Source: Candidatus Zixiibacteriota bacterium
GTDB lineage: Bacteria; Zixibacteria; MSB-5A5; WJJR01
Length of the DNA: 45,159 nt
Direction of reading: 5' to 3'
Assembly: GCA_036170655.1 (NCBI GenBank)
Contig: JAVHPP010000072.1
Span: forward strand, 1-45,159
A program made the translations under genes and the position numbers. The notes under the pieces were generated by a model, which did not search any database, had not been told where the DNA came from, and worked only from the letters and a program-made list of their open reading frames with translations. Shown here one piece after another: positions 43,368 to 45,159 of the stretch; the stretch's first letter is position 1; every line of letters starts with the position of its first letter.

Positions 43368-45158
43368 TCAAGCAACCAGATTGAGACTGCTGGCGTACGA
43401 TGGTGCGGTCACCCAAGGCAGGCGCTTGAACTCTGACCAGGGGGGCTGGTGATGGCTGTCACGTCCCGTGTGGTTGTCGTACGGGCGCCGTTCTGATCCG
43501 CCCTGCTGGTTGCGTTCCTGTGTTGAATCTCCGTGCCAGCGATACGACACTTGGGCGTCCGGCGACTCTGATCCCCGGTGTTCGCCAGCCGTCACGCCGA
43601 CGATGTCAAGGCGCTCAACGCGAACACCGGCGTCCGTCAGCGAACGCTGCAATTGAACAACATCACGTTCGACGAAGGCGCGGACGGTATCGGAGGCGAC
43701 ACGCAGCCGGCCAATCACGCCGGACGGACCCGCCAGGAGATCGATCTGGAGACGCCCCATCTCGGGAGGATCCAGCCGTACGGTAATCTGACCAGGGACG
43801 CGCAAGGGCTTGGGAGTCTCAACAATAAACCTGGCCGGAGAAGCCGGTTCGGATGATCTCGGGAGTTCCTGGCCAACGCTGGCTGCGGGGCGCTGAATGC
43901 TGTTGCCAGATGAAGTCGTCTGGTCTGTCGAAGACGGCTTTGATGTGGCGCCCATGTCCCCATTGCCGCTGTTTCTTTCCTTGTTCGTTTCCAAGGGAGT
44001 GGCGAGATTCGGCCGTTCCAGGCCAGGCATAAGGCCCGCTTCAGAAATGGATGACAGAGCCATGCGCGCACTATTCGCGGCGACTCCGGTCGCAGGTAGT
44101 ATCGCTGCGCCTTTGCTGGAGAGATTCACCGTGTGGCCACTCGGTGATCCAAGGTCAACGGCCTTCCACACCTGCGCGTTCAAGCTTGCCGTCGCCCTTT
44201 CCCCTGTCGTCTTCGCCGCCACGATCGTTGCGACAGCCTGCCCAAGGGCAACACTCCCACTTGATCCATCAGGGCTCACGGTCGGTAACACTGGCGCTGA
44301 TGACGGAGTACCAACCGGCAGCGGGCTCGGAGCGAGGGACATGCGACCAGCAACTTGCGTGGTACGATAACCTGAAGTCGGATCGGTGGATTCGTGAGAA
44401 CCGCCACCCGCTATCTCGATTTGTGGTTTGAGATCGGCCGCGACTTTGGCAATCAGCACAGACAGTTCGCTTTTTGCCGCATCGATGCCAGCCGTGCCAT
44501 CAACAGGGGCAGGGTTCTCCGCAGCACGTCCTACGGACGTCGTCGTTGCCAACGGTAACCCGAATGCACCATTCTCTGAAAGCGGAGACGAGATCATGCC
44601 AGAGGCCGATCTCTCGGTGGCAAACACTGCAGTCCCTGACATGATGTCGGTAGAAAGATAGTCCACGCCAGCCACCCGCGGCGCCTTGTCGTCCAGCGGT
44701 GCGGGTATCACTGCCATCGGATCGCTGTTCGAAGTAAGAAACATGGCGACGTCATTGACTGGAATCAGTAACGGCACCGCCTGCGATTGCGGACTGGCCA
44801 TGGGCACAATCGGCGATCCCCCCTCCCCAACGGGCAGGACAAGCGAACCCGGTTCATCCTGACTACGATCCGATTGACGTGCAGGCAATCCGGACGATGA
44901 GACCACGGCCGGAGATAAAGATGGTGGCATGTCCACAGGAATGGCCGCAAGAGATGCAATCAGCAGGGCATCGGGATTGAGCAAAGAGCCACTCACAGTC
45001 CCTTGACTTTCGGCCGACGGCTCAGTCGCGAAAGCCGCTGCCTCCGGAAGGGGACCACCCAGTAACGCCTGAAAGGCGCTGGCGAATGAACTGCCGTCCG
45101 ATATGGCGCGACCGCCCATCGGAACCGGCGGCATGATGCCCGGTGATGTAACCTGCAA
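43368..45158 (-). CDS. fliK: Hook-length control protein FliK (may be 5'-truncated by window edge)
   Basis: Low-complexity S/A/P-rich body; C-terminal ITVRLDPPEMGRLQIDL...LQRSLTDAGVRV; ends LNLVA. Confidence 0.88.
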   Translation of the reverse strand: MQVTSPGIMPPVPMGGRAISDGSSFASAFQALLGGPLPEAAAFATEPSAESQGTVSGSLLNPDALLIASLAAIPVDMPPSLSPAVVSSSGLPARQSDRSQDEPGSLVLPVGEGGSPIVPMASPQSQAVPLLIPVNDVAMFLTSNSDPMAVIPAPLDDKAPRVAGVDYLSTDIMSGTAVFATERSASGMISSPLSENGAFGLPLATTTSVGRAAENPAPVDGTAGIDAAKSELSVLIAKVAADLKPQIEIAGGGSHESTDPTSGYRTTQVAGRMSLAPSPLPVGTPSSAPVLPTVSPDGSSGSVALGQAVATIVAAKTTGERATASLNAQVWKAVDLGSPSGHTVNLSSKGAAILPATGVAANSARMALSSISEAGLMPGLERPNLATPLETNKERNSGNGDMGATSKPSSTDQTTSSGNSIQRPAASVGQELPRSSEPASPARFIVETPKPLRVPGQITVRLDPPEMGRLQIDLLAGPSGVIGRLRVASDTVRAFVERDVVQLQRSLTDAGVRVERLDIVGVTAGEHRGSESPDAQVSYRWHGDSTQERNQQGGSERRPYDNHTGRDSHHQPPWSEFKRLPWVTAPSYASSLNLVA

Positions 45159-45159
45159 C

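Noticed and set aside
43368..45158. Low-complexity long ORF as a novel protein
   Set aside because: The C-terminal domain and position before flgD identify it as FliK, whose N-terminal region is normally divergent.

Overview
GC-rich bacterial chromosomal window with no CRISPR array, transposase or integrase. Two Cys-rich dockerin-like C-terminal domains suggest candidate phylum Zixibacteria (inference). The left part (1-17.2 kb) carries housekeeping genes (surE, Tat-signal SOD, GT2, tRNA-Pro, merR-like, gpsA, PAP2, plsY, leuS, asnS, polysaccharide deacetylase, tRNA-Ala) and surface-protein genes: two dockerin-like proteins, a secreted S74-chaperone repeat fibre and two paralogous lipoproteins. 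Its intergenic DNA holds several unrelated REP-like palindrome families. The right part (17.3-45.2 kb) is a minus-strand flagellar supercluster from fliK to fliA and from flgF to flgK. Notable points: FlhF and FlhG have both lost catalytic motifs; motAB, flgM and flgL are absent from their usual positions; a six-gene cassette after fliA includes DUF2225, PilZ, a lipoprotein and a stand-alone degenerate chemoreceptor tip; a DNA-methyltransferase relic is coupled to a tail-anchored creatininase; a structured RNA-like element sits just before the flgE RBS inside the TIGR02530-type gene; there are two sigma54-like and one sigma28-like promoters; and a 9-nt repeat occurs at three intergenic sites. 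All calls come from motif reading by eye, with no database searches.
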